NCBI RefSeq assembly: GCF_004010195.1
Contig: NC_057720.1
Coordinates: 8,424,164 to 8,488,163 of the forward strand
Direction: 5' to 3'
DNA length: 64,000 nt
DNA from: Chiloscyllium plagiosum
Taxonomy: Eukaryota
Shown here: piece by piece, positions 1 through 12,928 of the stretch
How positions within the stretch are numbered: the stretch's first letter is position 1
Layout of the letters: each line of letters starts with the position of its first letter
Position numbers and translations under genes: made by a program
Notes under the pieces: model-generated
Seen by the model: the letters and a program-made list of their open reading frames with translations, nothing else
What the model was told of the DNA's origin: nothing
Databases searched by the model: none

Positions 1-929
1 AACCCAACAGAGGCTAGGATGGCAGATGGATCTAGACATAAGGGAACAGATTGCGCAGGGGTGAGGATCGCAAGGAAGATTTAATTGGGACTATTTCATT
101 GCAAGAACACTATAATATCAACTCAAGTTGGTTGGGCTAAAGGCCCATTTCAACTCATAACTACGACATATTCACCACGTGTACTCGCTTTTGATGAGAT
201 CACCTCCCTCGGCTCGAGCTCCTTCTTCACATCTTCGGTCAACACTACCATTGTCATTTATTTGGATGATGGCTTCTGGCAAGGCGTAGATCAATAACAA
301 GAAAAGGAATGACTTTCACCAGCCATTCAGCCATCAGGGGAGCTGTGTAGTAACTTGCCAGCAGCTGTTATTTAATATGGTTTAACAAAGCATAAGTACA
401 GAACAGCAGTACAGGCATTTTAATTGCTTGTCCTTACACCTGTAAGAGAAAAATACTGAGCACTCTACGTGCCAAATCTCCTTTCACAGCTCTCTCCTTG
501 CTCACTCAACACAGATTGTTAACTCAAGCCGCTCGCTTATAAACAATTGATGCCTAATATTCACTCGTGAGTTGGTTTCAAAATCCAACTGTTCAGATGC
601 TTGATTTTTCAGGTAAATACTGCTGTGTGTAATTTTCTAAAAAACCCAAACGGTCTACAAGTCTCACTGACAATAACTGCACCTGGTTTCCTGAGCCCAC
701 AGACTGATGCCCCTGTTCATAATCAGGAATGTATCACTCAAAGGGAACGATGCGCAATCTTTGGTTGTTCAAAGGAGGTGTGGTAATTATTGTTCAACAG
801 ATTGCTTCGTTCTGTTCCTGCCTTGCAAAGGAAAGGCAGTCGTCATTTCTAACAAACCATCTGGAGGGAAGAATGATTCAGTAAGAGGCTGTGCGACATG
901 TCAGGAATTTTCTTGCATTTACAAAATGC

Positions 930-1165
930 ATTAGTCATGGTACAATAGGTAACACACTTGCCTTCGAATCAGAAAGTTGTGCTTCCTACAGACGTGAACA
1001 GTTTAAGTGGGCTTTCACTGAGTTCGTTACTGAGGAGGGAGGCACTGCCTTTTTGGATAAAGCATTGAGTCTCTCCCTTTCCGTGGACATTTTGAAGGAG
1101 AGAAGGGAAGTTATCACCTGTGCCTTGGCCAACATACATCCCTTAACCGCCATTACTTTGAACCA
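930..1165 (+). mobile_element. Decayed Deu-domain SINE (SacSINE1/AmnSINE-like)
   Basis: Eroded tRNA-like head (ggtaacacacttgcc...agaaagttgtgcttc), then Deu-domain-like ggataaagcattga...gtggacattttgaaggagagaagggaagttatcacctgtgccttggccaacatacatcccttaacc; resembles 57985-58200. Confidence 0.5.
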
Positions 1166-1284
1166 ATTACCCACTCCTTAAATTGTATTTGGAACCTTAG
1201 CTCACCGCAATTTGATAGTAGCATTCCCCTGACTTACAGCAGTCAGTATACTTCAGATACTGTGCAATGTTTTAATTCATAGCA

Positions 1285-1880
1285 TGGTTGCAGCATTAAT
1301 AAAAATACAGCCATTCAGCTCATTAGGTCTGTGCTGGATCTCTGTATGATCAACATTCCACTGCATTGTACCCTGGAATTTATTCATTTGAGGTAATTAC
1401 CCCATTTCCTTTTGAAAGATACAATTGATTCTCCCTGTACCATACTCTCAGATGATACATTGCTGATCCTAATGAGCGTAGCATAAAGCCGCTTTTCCTC
1501 ACGTTGACATTGGTTTGTTTACCCATGAACCTTCATCCACCCCTTTGCTTCTGTCAATGGGACAATCCCAATGTACTCTGTCCAGATCCCTGGCAATTTT
1601 GAGTATCTCCATTAAAGGTCCCCCAGCCTTCGCTTCTCTGAGGACAGCAGCCCCAGCATTACCAATCCATCAACATCACCAAAGTCTCTAATTTTCTGAA
1701 GTTCCTTTCCACTCCCCGTCAAAAACCTTCCCATCTTTCATAAATCATGATGCCCAGACTTGGCAGACCACTTCAGCAGTTAAGTTGAACCAATGTTTTA
1801 TAAAGGTTTCGTATAACTTCCCTGTTTTTGTATTCTGTTCCCTTTTCATACAGCTCAGGATCTTGAATGCCTTGTTAATT
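1285..1880 (-). mobile_element. Old CR1 LINE 3' fragment
   Basis: Degenerate match, in reverse orientation, to the CR1 ORF2 C-terminus/3' UTR seen elsewhere in the window. Confidence 0.6.
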
Positions 1881-1972
1881 GACCAAGTATAGCTCAGGGT
1901 GTTGTGGGAAGTTAGGGAAAAATTGGCAGGGGCCCTAGCATATTAGCCACAGCCACAAGTGAGGTAGATATA

Positions 1973-2270
1973 GAAATAGAATCCCTACAGTGTGGAAACA
2001 GGCCCTTCGGCCCAAAAACTCCACACCAACCCTCACTGCTCTACATTTGCCCCAGACTAACACACATAACCTGCACATCCCTGAACGCTATGGGCAATTT
2101 AGCCTGGCCAATGTACCTAACCTGCATACGTTGTGGTTGTGGGAGGAAACCCACACAGACACAGGGAGGATGTGCAAACTCCTCACAGACAGTCGCCCAA
2201 GACAGGAATCAAACCTGGGTCCCTGGCGCTGTGAGGCAGCAGCGCTAACCACTGAGCCACCGTGCTACCC
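1973..2270 (-). mobile_element. HE1-type tRNA-derived V-SINE
   Basis: Reverse strand gcacggtggctcagtggttagc (A box)...gacccaggtttgattcc (B box), V-domain ctgtgaggagtttgcacatcctccctgtgtctgtgtgggtttcctccc, tail gggcctgtttccacactgtaggg. Confidence 0.9.
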
Positions 2271-3061
2271 CAGGTACCAGAGGACTGGAAGATGGCTAAT
2301 GTTGTGACTTTATTTCAGAAAGGCTTGATATGGACAAGATCAAAACTCACACATTACCAAGTTTTACAGGTAGCTCTGTAATGCCAGTATCCTTGCGATA
2401 CCTTGCTTAATCTAAGATCCCTTAATACAAATAATGGGGCCTAAGGTAAAAGTGGGATTAGGGTTAAAACAGTAAAAAATATCATTCAGAACCACTCAAA
2501 TACCACCCAAAAGTCAAACACAAAGTATAGCACAACCTGAATGAAGGTTGAAAGCATATTTATTAATGAAACAAAAGTAAATTTAACAGTACATTCAAAA
2601 AATGTAAGAAAATTGCTCTCTCTACAATACATCTCACAGAAAACTACTCCACCAGCAGCTGACATCAGCGCATACACAGAACGAAGCACACAAACTGATC
2701 CCCTCTGGAATCACGCAATTGCAAACAGAGGTAAGCATTCTTGAGAATACCATTCCCTCTTTCTTCAGCGACATTACAGCTAAATCGTATTGGCGGAATG
2801 CTTGTTATCCAAGAATCACTTGTAGTCCAACAGGGAACATCAGACACTGAATTTATAAGTAAAAGATCAAAGGGTCATACAACTGATGTGAAAGTATTAA
2901 AGAAACCTAAGGTGGTTGTTGAATTTTTCATCAGTTAGAATGGAGATGCAGGTTTTGATTGATTAATAAGCAACCAACCCCAGAAATTTCTTTCTAGTTG
3001 CTGTCCTGCGATAACTTAAGCTTTTATCAGTGTATAGAAGACATGACATCTCAGACTGTAG

Positions 3062-3522
3062 GAGAAGATGGCAACACTGGAATGGTAGGTAGTGTTTGTT
3101 CTGAGCCTGTCCACTCCAGGCCAACTGCATTCCCCTCTCTCTCTCTTTTTTCATCCTTTTCTTTCTTTTTCCTTTTCTTCATCTCTGACATCGTATAGAA
3201 GCCAGAGCAGTGTCAGTGGGTTGCCTGCAGCAGTGATGACGGTGCCTGGACTGGAGATTCCTGGCTGTAGTAGACCCAGAGCAGGGACTTAACATCTCTG
3301 CAGGTAGTTGGCTGTGGTGGTGATGGTGTCCAGAGTGAGGACTCTTTGAGGCCTGGGACACCTTGCAGAGACTTTTGCAGAAGACCTGGAGCTGTATTGG
3401 AAGACCCCTTGTATAGAAGATGAACTTTTTAATTTTTATTCTTTTTGTAACATAAATGATGCCATATGGTGACAAAAGGCTTTCCATTTTCTCGATATGT
3501 TTGGCAATAAATAACTCATAAC
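3062..3522 (+). mobile_element. Non-autonomous element with a Rex1/Babar-like 3' tail (unnamed family)
   Basis: Starts at aagatggc (YY1-like), then CT tract and GC-rich body; tail aaaaggctttccattt...tttggcaataaa resembles 46750-46785 and the Rex tail at 31921-31980. Confidence 0.5.
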
Positions 3523-4869
3523 TTACAAACCTGGGAATGCTAGACCAGTCAGTTTGACATTGGGGGTGGGTAAGTTATTAGAGGGGATGCTGACAGATAG
3601 GATCTAGATGCATTTGAAGAGGCAAGAGCTGATTAGGAATTGTCAACATGGCCTTGTGTGTGAGAAATTGTGTCTTACAAATATGATAGTGTTTTGAGTA
3701 TGTGACCTAAAAAGGCAGAATGGTAGCATTGTCTACATAGACTTTAGTAAAGCCTTTGACAGGTTCCACATGACAGATTAGTTAGTAAAGTTAGATCACT
3801 TGGGATTCAGAGATAGCTTACCAATTGGATACAAAACAGGCTTGAAGGTAGGAAACGGAAGGAAGTGGTAGGGGGTTGTTATTCGGACTGGAGGTTTGTG
3901 ACAAGCGATGTCGCACAGGGATCAGTACTGGGCCCACTTTTGTTTGTCATTTATATACATGATTTGAATGAGAATTTAGGAGACATGGTCTGTAGACTTG
4001 TGGATGACATCAAAATTGGTGGTATAGTTGACAGTGATGAAAGTTATCTAAGATTACAAAGGGATCTTTATCAATTGGGCCAATGGGCTGAGGAGTGGCA
4101 GAAAGAGCTTAATCTGGATAAATGCGAGGTATTGCATTTTGGTAAAACAAACAAGGGTAGGATTTAAAGAGTGGAGAGTGTTGTTAAGCAGAGAGATCTA
4201 GAGGTTTGGTACAAAGTTCTTTTAAAGTTGTGTCACAGGTAGACAGAGTAGTTAAGAAAGCATTTAGCACATTTGCCTTCATTGCTCAGACCATTGACTA
4301 TAGGAGTTGGGACATCATGTTGAGGTTGTCCAGGATGTTGATGAGGCAACTTCTGGAATACTGTGTCCAGTTCTGGTCGCCCTGTCCTAGGAAGGCTATT
4401 ATTAAGCTAGAGAGAGTTCAGTAAATATTTATCAGGGTGTTGGCAGGACTGGAGAATTTGAGTTATAAGGAGAGGCTTGATAGTCTGGAGCGCAGGAGGT
4501 TGAGGGGTGATCTTATTGAGATTTATAAAATCATGAGTGGTACAGATAACGTGAATATCCACAGTCTTTTCCCTAGGGTGGGGATGTTCAAAACTAAGGG
4601 GCATATTTTTAAGGTGAAAAGAGGATTGAAAAGGAAACTGCGGGGCAACCTTTTTCACACAAAGGGTTGTTTGCATGTGGAATGAACTGTCAGAGTAAGT
4701 AGTAGATGCAGGTGCAGTTAGAATATTTAAAAGATATTTGGACAGGTACATGGATAGGTTAGGGTTAGGGGGATATGGGCCAAGCCCAGGCAAGTGGGAC
4801 TAGTTTAACTTGGGAAAGTTGATCAGCATGGACAAGTTGGACACAATACTCTGTCTCCGTACTGCTTTC

Positions 4870-6090
4870 TCGATCTGAATTGCTACCTTATTTGAATCTT
4901 GCAGAAAAATACCCAAGGTCCCTCTTGCTCTTGCAGCTTCTGTGGATTTGCAATCTTTAACTTGTCTTACATCCATTCATTTGTCCTTCAAAAATGTATG
5001 ACTTCATATTTCTCTGCATTAAGTTAAATCAGCCACAACCACTGATTGATCAGTCCATGATAAGGTCAGCCATGATCTTATTGAATGGTGGAGCAGAGTC
5101 AAGGGGTCAGATACCCTACTCCTGCTCCTAGTTCTTACGTTCTTATGTATCTACGTATTCTGGAGTCCATCCATACCTGCATCTTAGGTTATGGGATATT
5201 GTCAAATTATGTTGTGCACAACAAATCCATAACTTGGCCATTAGTATATGTTTACATGTTTGAATGAGAGGAAATCAGGGGTCACCCCTGCCCTGCCCAG
5301 GAATATGTACCCTCCTCCAGTCTGGTAGAAAATTCTCTCATTTTCTGCTACTCAACCAGCTTCTGGCTGTACTCTTCCTTAACTTTGCTTGCAAGTATGA
5401 CGTGTGGCATTTTATCTTTTTGGAAACTTAACTTGCACCACATCAACTAACTTACCTTTATTAATCCTCTCCGTTACTTCAACTTAGACAAGTTGCTTGC
5501 CCAGAATTTGGACATCAAGTATTTATGCTGGCTGTCCTTGATGAATTTACATTTAATCTCCATTAATGTTCTGCCAATTTATAGAGTTATAGAGCCATAC
5601 AACATGAAAGCAGACCCTTTAAATATTGGATCTGAAAGCTTTTCCAATGTTGGGGTTAAACGGGTAGCCCTGTAGTCACTGAGCTTATTGCTGTGCTCTT
5701 TTCTGAAAAGGGGGCAGCATTTATAATTTTCCAGACCTCTGGCAATATAGATGTATCAAAATGGATTGGAAATTATGACCAGTAGCCCTGCAATTTCCAG
5801 CCTTGCATGCCTTAAACTAATTCAACTCTGGTGATTTATGAGCTGTAATTACGGCCACCTACCTAATAAATCACCCTTATCAATTTTTAGCTCCTCTACC
5901 ACCTCCTCTTTCAATACGATTTGGGGAGAATCTTCTTCTTTTGTTAAAAAAAAGTCAAGTTCCTAATTAATAATTCGTAGCCTTTGTCTTCTTTCATAGA
6001 TCCCCTTTTTGACCCTTAATAAGTCTCACTATCTTTTCCCCACCCTGTTACTCTTTAAGAATTACACATTTTTTGGGACATCTTTGTTTT
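4870..6090 (-). mobile_element. Fragmented old CR1 ORF2 remnants (with a small plus-strand CR1 tail at ~5040-5150)
   Basis: Degenerate RT-region motifs, e.g. ataattttccagacctctggca (reverse strand .PEVWKII) and gatccccttttgaccctta. Confidence 0.5.
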
Positions 6091-7064
6091 CATATAGCAG
6101 GGGATATCTGAAACTAAGTAGAACCAGGGAACAGATGATTTTTGTTAATGAAAGGATAATTGGGTGAGAATGGTATATGTGCATATATATAAGTAACAAG
6201 TAATCCGTGTGATGGAGATTTGTGATGTGTGAGCTGGAATAAAACTGGAAATGTTAATGCCTGAACTCTGTCTAACCAAAAATTAACCTCTGATGTGTTT
6301 CAATCCTAGTTATGAACTGTATTTTATATTGACAAATTCTTTCTTTGCAAATTTGAACAATGTGAATAATTGCTTAACTCATTAAATTCATCGACAGAAC
6401 AGCTTTTTATCAAGAATACATGTGGACTTCTCAAATGATCTTCCTAATCCTACTCTGCTGCCAACTCTTTTGCCATTATCAACTTTACCCATCTTTTAAA
6501 TGTCCACCAACTTGGTTGGAAAGAAGCTTGTTCAAGGTATAACATTCAATTTATATTTTGAAAGCTCGAAATGTTGATGCTTGTCATCCAATTCCTTTCA
6601 GCATTGGGTATGTTTTACATAGCCTCTGTTCATCATTCATCCATACTGCCTCCTCATTGTGCTCCATCCTGCCTTGCAAAGATTCATGGTCAATTTTGAG
6701 ATGTGAGCTCTGCTTTATAAATATCAGAAGCTATTGTGGTTAAACGGGGAAAGGTTGACAGGATTGTATTTCTACTGACAGCTCATCCATTAAGTGCTGT
6801 GCACAATATCAGATCAGGCAAGTTGGACCAGCTTTGTCCCATACATAGTAATGACCTTGTGTTTTATTGAAACAACCTGTTAGTCTTTGACAAAGTACTT
6901 TAAAATGCTCTAAGTGAAACTGTAACAGCAATGTTGGGCTTCATTGATAGGGGTCAAATGAGAATTTGAGGAAGAGTTTATTGACACATGAAATTTTCCT
7001 GCAGCACATGTTAAGAAGATTCAAGAGAAACACTTGATTCTCCAGAAACATGTGACTGGGGTAA

Positions 7065-7404
7065 TTTTTTTACAAATTCTTTTGTGGGATGTGGGTGTTG
7101 CTGGCTTGGCCAGCATTTATTACTTGTCCCTTGTTGCCTTCTTGAGAAGGTGGGGGTGAGCTGCCTTCTTGAACCGCTGCAGTCCACCTGCTGTAGGTTG
7201 ATCCACAATGCTCTCAGGGGGGGAGTTCCAGGATTTTGACTCAGCGACAGTAAAGTAACGGCAATATATTTCCAAATCAGGATGGTGAGGGGCTTCGAGG
7301 AGAACTTGAAGATGCTGGTATTACCATGCATCTGTGGCCCTTATCCTTCTAGATGGAAATGGTCATGGGTTTGAAAGATGCTATCTGAGGATCTTTGGTG
7401 AATT
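7065..7404 (-). mobile_element. CR1/L2-group LINE 3' end (second family)
   Basis: Reverse strand matches 28255-28925 (...tcaaaatcctggaactcc...aaggcagctcacc...aataaatgctggcc) and ends in an A-rich tail. Confidence 0.75.
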
Positions 7405-8275
7405 AGAGTTATGGTGTCATAGAGATGTACAGCATGGAAACAGACCCTTCAGTCCAAATTGACCATGCCGACCAGATAGCCTAACCTAATCTAGTCCCAT
7501 TTGTGACCACTTGGTCAATATCCCTTCAAACCCTTCCTATTCAAACGTTCATCCAGATGTCTTTTAAATTCTGCAATTGTACCAACCTCCACCACATCCT
7601 CTGGCAACTTATTCTATACACGTACCACCCTCTGCGTGAAAAAGTTGCCCCTTAGGTCCCTTTTAAATCTTTCCCCTCTAACCCTAAACCTATGCCCTCT
7701 AGTTCTGGACTCCCCCACCCCAGGGAATAGACTTTGTCTATTTATCCTATCCATGCCTGTCTTGATTTTATAAACCTTTAGAAGGTCACCCCTCAGCCTC
7801 CAATGCTGCTGGGAAAACAGCCCCAGCCTATTGAGCCTCTACCCATAGCTCAAATCCTCCAACCCTGGCAACATCCTTGTAAATCTTTTCTGAACCCTTT
7901 CAAGTTTCACAACATCCTTCCGATAGGAAGGAGATCAGAATTGCACACAATATTCCAAAAGTGGCCTAACCAATGTCCTGTACAGCCACAACATGACATC
8001 CCAACTCCTATACTCAATGCTCTGCCCAATAATGGAAAGCTTACCAAACACCTTCTTCACTATTCAATCTACTTGCGACTCTACTTTCAAGGAACTATGA
8101 ACCTGCACTCCAAGGTCTCCTTGTTCAGCAAAAATCCCCAAGACCATACCATTAAGTGCATAAGTCCTGTTAAAATTTGCTTTTCCAAAATGCAGCACCT
8201 TGCATTTACCTAAATTAAACTCCATTGCCACTTCTCAGCCCATTGGCCCATCTGATCAAGATCCCGTTGTCATCT
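7405..8275 (-). mobile_element. HER1/CR1 LINE 3' fragment
   Basis: High similarity to the 3' part of the long CR1 at 32215-33100; tail gggtctgtttccatgctgtacatctctatgac on the reverse strand. Confidence 0.92.
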
Positions 8276-8984
8276 GTTGTTTCAGGATTGGATGGAAAGT
8301 TCACATCCTTTTTGCACAGGAAGCTAGCTTGAAATCTTCTCCATGATTTAGGAGCTTGGTGGCAGAAATACTCTGCATTGAAAGCAACTGGCCAATGAGA
8401 AGCCAGCATCTCTCAGTTGCTGGGCGTGTCTCCATGAGCGATGGATGCTGTCAGTAATGATCCATGGACTTCACTTGAGATCACAGTTAGATACTCAGAC
8501 ATATGTGACTAAAGGGTGTGGGAGGAAGCCATGGGGTGGGTGATGGGGGGGTTGGGGGTGGGGTGGGGAGGGGGAGAGGTTGGTGGGGGGCCAGTGTAGG
8601 GAGAAAAGTGTGGACAAGATGCAAGTGGAATGATGCTCCTCCACTGACTTCTTGATACAAGGTTCCTCAATCAGGAATTGAAGGCACTTGCTCAGAGGTC
8701 TGTGGGGGATCCAGAAAATCAAGTGACTTCTGTTTCATCCCTTAGTTGCTATGAATGTCATGTAGGCTTTGGAATAATTGGTGTCAATTGGCTCATTAAT
8801 GGTTTCTGAATCTTTAAATGTCTACCAGCTGTCATTGTGGATTTGAATCTTCCTCCCCAGAAATATGCCAGAAACATTACCAGCACATGACTACCTTCTC
8901 CTCCAAAAATCTTCACTGCCAGGAAATAGATTTCTAAATTGCTTAAAATGTTTTCAACAATACAGGATTGTTACATACACACAA

Positions 8985-10555
8985 AGAACAAATGAAGGCC
9001 GCTCGACCCTTCAAGCATGCTCAGCCATTCAATAAGATCATGACTGACCTGATTTTAATCTCAATTCTGCATTGCTACAAACATCCTTCAAAGTTTTATC
9101 CCATTGATATCAAAAATGTATTGACCTCTGCCTTAAAAAATATTTAAATCTTTTGCATCCTCTGGTTTTTGAGGAGGGAAATTCCAAAGACTCACAACCC
9201 TCTGATGGAAAAAAAAGCTTCATCACCTCTGTTGTAAATGGGCGACCACTTATTTTCAAACTATGACCCTTAGTTCTAGATTCTGCCCCAAGAGGAAAGA
9301 TCCTTTTGACATCCACCTGGTCAAGACTGTTAGGATCTGACAGGTTTCAATTAAGTTGCCTCTGATTCTTCTGAACTGCAGAGGATATAGGCTAGCCTGT
9401 CTAGCTTATTCCAGTTTTAGGATCAGTGGTGCTGGAAGAGCACAGCAATTCAGGCAGCATCCGAAGACAGGCAAAATCGACGTTTCAGGCAAAAGCCCTT
9501 CATCAGGAATAAAGCGTTTTATTCCAGTTTTAGCCTAGTGAACCTTCTCTGAACTGTTTCCAATGTATTAATATCGTTCCATATGTAGAGCAACCAGTAG
9601 CGTACACTGTTCCCCAAATGCAGTCTCACCAAAGCCATGTATAACTGAAGCACAACCTCATTAGTCATGCATTCAATTCCCCTCACAATAAACCACAGCA
9701 TTAACTTACCTAATTACCTGTTATACTTGTATGTTAACCTTTCATGATTCATACACTATGACACCCAGATATTTCTATATCTCAGAGCTCTGCAACCTCT
9801 CATAATGTTGATGGAAAGCTTGTTTTTTTCATTATTTCTGCAAAAATGGACAATTTGACATTTTCCCACATTGTATTCTATGCAGCAGATCTTTGCTCAC
9901 TTACTTAGCTCTTTACATCCTCTTCACAACTCACTTTCCTACCCATGTTTCCCTCATGGGGGAGTCTAGGACCAGAAGACATAGCCTCCGAATAATGGGG
10001 AACCAAATTAAGATTGAGATAAGGAAGGAGTTCTTCTCCCAGAAGGTTGTGAGTCTTGCGATTCCCAGCAGAGAGACCTGTGGAGGTGAAGTTCTTTTGG
10101 AAATTTAAGACTGGGATAAATAGAGTCTTGTTCAGTCAAGGAATGAGCAGGGGTGTGGATATGAGGAACGTTAGATCAGCCATGTTCATATTGAATGGCA
10201 GAGCAAGATCAAAAGACCGAATGACCTACTTCTATTCCTATTTCTTTTGGCCTTATGTCACCTTTATGTCATCAAAAAATTTTGCTGCTGTAACTCTGAT
10301 CTCTTCATCTAATTTATTTATAAAAATTGTCAGGAGTTGAGGCTCCAGCATCGATCCCTGTGGCACTTCACTCATGACATCTTGCCAGCCTGAAAAAGAC
10401 CCATTTATTCTTACTCTCTGTCTCTTGCTTGCCAGCCGATCTTTTATCCATGTCAATATGCTACTCCCTTCTCTATGAGTTTAATTTTCTGTAATAACCT
10501 TTGAGGTGGCATCTTATCAAGTGCCTTCTGGAAATCTAAGGACCGAACATCCACT
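8985..10555 (-). mobile_element. CR1 LINE fragment (RT to 3' end) containing a PLE-tail insert and a plus-strand CR1 tail (~9945-10250)
   Basis: ORFs 10253-10456 (VPQGSMLEPQLLTIFINKLD..KFFDD), 9519-9701 (LETVQRRFTR) and 9110-9316 (ESRTKGHSLKI). Confidence 0.85.
9421..9518 (-). mobile_element. Penelope-like tail-only insertion (family A) with hammerhead core
   Basis: Matches the PLE 3' region at 18290-18385; flanked by exact 15-bp duplication ttattccagttttag (9406-9420, 9519-9533). Confidence 0.85.
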
Positions 10556-12702
10556 GCGCCCAGCATGTTCCAGATGTTGCACGACTTCCAGTGGCATGAA
10601 GATCTCAGGATGAGCTCCTGGTGAACTTGTACAGAAATGTAGCTACACGTTCCATCTGTTCCCACTCTTGGGAACGTTGGCTGAGTGGGGATCAATGGAT
10701 GTAGACTGGCAAGCAGTCTATGGGTACCATTTGTAATCACCCCCACTTCTAAGTCAACTTCATTCAACTTTCAGTACAAGAATCTGGTCCAAATTTCAGT
10801 CTGTGACCTGTCACCACAAACTTGAAATGTTAACTTTTTTTCCCTCTCCACAGATTCTCCCAAGTGGGACTCGGATTTCACTTTGCATTTCCAGCATGCA
10901 CAGTTGATTCTGCCTTTTTTATAAAAATAAATGGTATAATGCCATTTAGTTACTAACACTGCATTGAAACAGAGCATTTGCCAACAAAACAGATGGCGTC
11001 TCTTTAATAGATAGAGAGACAATGCCATTTGTGTTGCAGTGACATATTTTCAGCACCATGTAAAATAAGAGTTTAATTTAATACCGCTAAATTGATTGAC
11101 ATTGTATGCAGCTTAAAAACAAGGAAGCTGTTTGAAGGTCTTTCATTTAGAAGGTGCTGAGCTTGCTACACCTGGTCTTGAATAATATTTATGTTAATAA
11201 TAATGACAGGCTCATTTGGGGAGCTGTTTATGACTGAGGGGCAACCATAAGATGCCAAAATAATTAATAAATGAGAACATTCATCTGACAATCAGAGCCC
11301 GCATCTGCTGTCGATGTGAATTAAGTCTCCGCTCACAACCAATTTGGCAGACAATAAATTATCTCAGAGAGTAGAATATCGCAGCCATGAGGCTGTTCTA
11401 CTAGACTGCGACATTATCAGAAATGGAAAGAGGAGAGCAAGACAAAGTCACAGGAGTGTTTTAAGCTGAGAACAATGCGTTCATGTTGACTCTTAGTTGT
11501 TTGCTCATCAGAAACTGAGCTCGAATGGACATGGCATGTCACAGGAACAAGTATTATCAGGGAAGATACTCCACTCACAAAACCAAATGCAGCAGTTTGC
11601 AATTACACTGCCGTTCACAAAGCAAAACTTCCTGAAGCACAGCCGAGAAGAGTTATTGAGAAAGGATTTGACACTTAGCCACGAAGCTATTGGCCTGGAT
11701 TTTCCTGTTTATTCTAGCGCAAATTGGAATTGTGCATGGGGGCCCTGAGGACACTCTCCAAAGGAATTGCTCGAGAAATTGAATTTTTAGTTGGGCAATT
11801 CCTCTTCACTTGAATTCCGCAGAAAGTCTCCATTTAAATCAGAACATTTAGAAGGCTCTGAATAAACTAAGTAAATAGGTACTCAGGCAAATTAGACTAC
11901 ATTACCTAACCCCTGATTAACTCTTTAAGTAACCTCATACTTACCTGGATTAATTTAGGATTTCTGGTCAGCATGGATGAGTTGGACTGAGGGGTCTGTA
12001 TCTATGTTGTATGACTCTATCTCTGCCTCTAGACCTGCTCCTCAGCATGTCACCCGCACCAGGCCCTCTCATCTTTGATCAACTCCTCACCTTGCTCAGG
12101 GCCCAATTTCCCTTTTTCACACCCCATCCCCCATGGGAGACAATAGCCTTCCTCTTCTCCAGTTCCCCTATTCCCCCTGCTCTGGATCTGATGTGCCTCG
12201 TGACTGAGACCTGACCACTTCTTCTCCTGCTCCATCCCTGGGACATCACCCTAACCTGTTCTCCACTCTGAATCTGAAACCACCCCACTCCAGACACCCA
12301 TCCACACTCCTCCTCACTGCTCCATTATACACTTTCACCCTGGCCATCTTGCACCCTTAAATGTTACCCTCTTGACACCCTACCTTCTTGGTATCCCATC
12401 CACCTGGTAGTTTACCCCCAGACAACCTACCACCCCAATCCAACTGGCACCCTATACCTTGATACTTTATTAACCTGGCACATTGACACCCAACTTAGCT
12501 GGAACCCCACTTCCATACCTAACCTCATACTTACCTTACGTACTTGCTATTTGGCAGCAGCTGTGGCTGCCTGTGATTTTGGGCCTTTACATTTGGACAG
12601 CTGAGTACTGGCGAAGGGGTGGGGGGGATGGGTGTGTGGTTTCCCTTCCCCCGATAGCTTTGTGCTGTGAGAGAACTGTCCAAATAAAATGTGGCTCCTG
12701 AT

Positions 12703-12928
12703 CAGAATCTCCCATCAAAAGCTGTGCAGGTTACAGTGGATTGGCCATGCTGTATTGTCCCATAGTGTCCTGGGATGTGCAGGCTAGGTGGGTTAGCTAT
12801 GGTAAATGCAGGGTTAGGGGGCAAAGGAGGGAGGGTGGGTCTGGGTGAGATGCTTTGTGGAGGGGTGGTGCAGACTTGATGGGCCAAATGGTCTCTTTTC
12901 ACACTGCAGGGATTCTCTGTTTCTATCA
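12703..12928 (+). mobile_element. HE1 SINE, 5'-truncated
   Basis: gtggattggccatgct...gatgtgcaggctagg...gggccaaatggtctcttttcacactgcagggattct. Confidence 0.8.

Larger units (their letters stand above)
1881..4870 (+). mobile_element. CR1 LINE ORF2 (RT) remnant, interrupted by an HE1 SINE (1973-2270) and a ~1.2 kb insert (~2340-3524)
   Basis: VPEDWKMANVVTLFQKG at ~2274-2324 resumes as KPGN.RPVSLT at ~3527; ORFs 3865-4167 (QGSVLGPLLFVIYI..LVDDIKIGG), 4206-4424 and 4437-4685 (LERRRLRGDLIEIYK); frameshifts and stops. Confidence 0.9.

Noticed and set aside
1..1200. Endogenous viral or coding remnant
   Set aside because: Short ORFs only, with no recognisable motifs; the 3' part is better explained as a Deu-SINE relic
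8515..8600. G-quadruplex-like G-rich tract (also ~13135-13180)
   Set aside because: Low-complexity runs within decayed repeats; no evidence of function
11938..11949. U1 snRNA 5' end (atacttacctgg)
   Set aside because: Only 12 nt match and no U1 body follows; equally explained as a minus-strand donor-like motif at a CR1 junction
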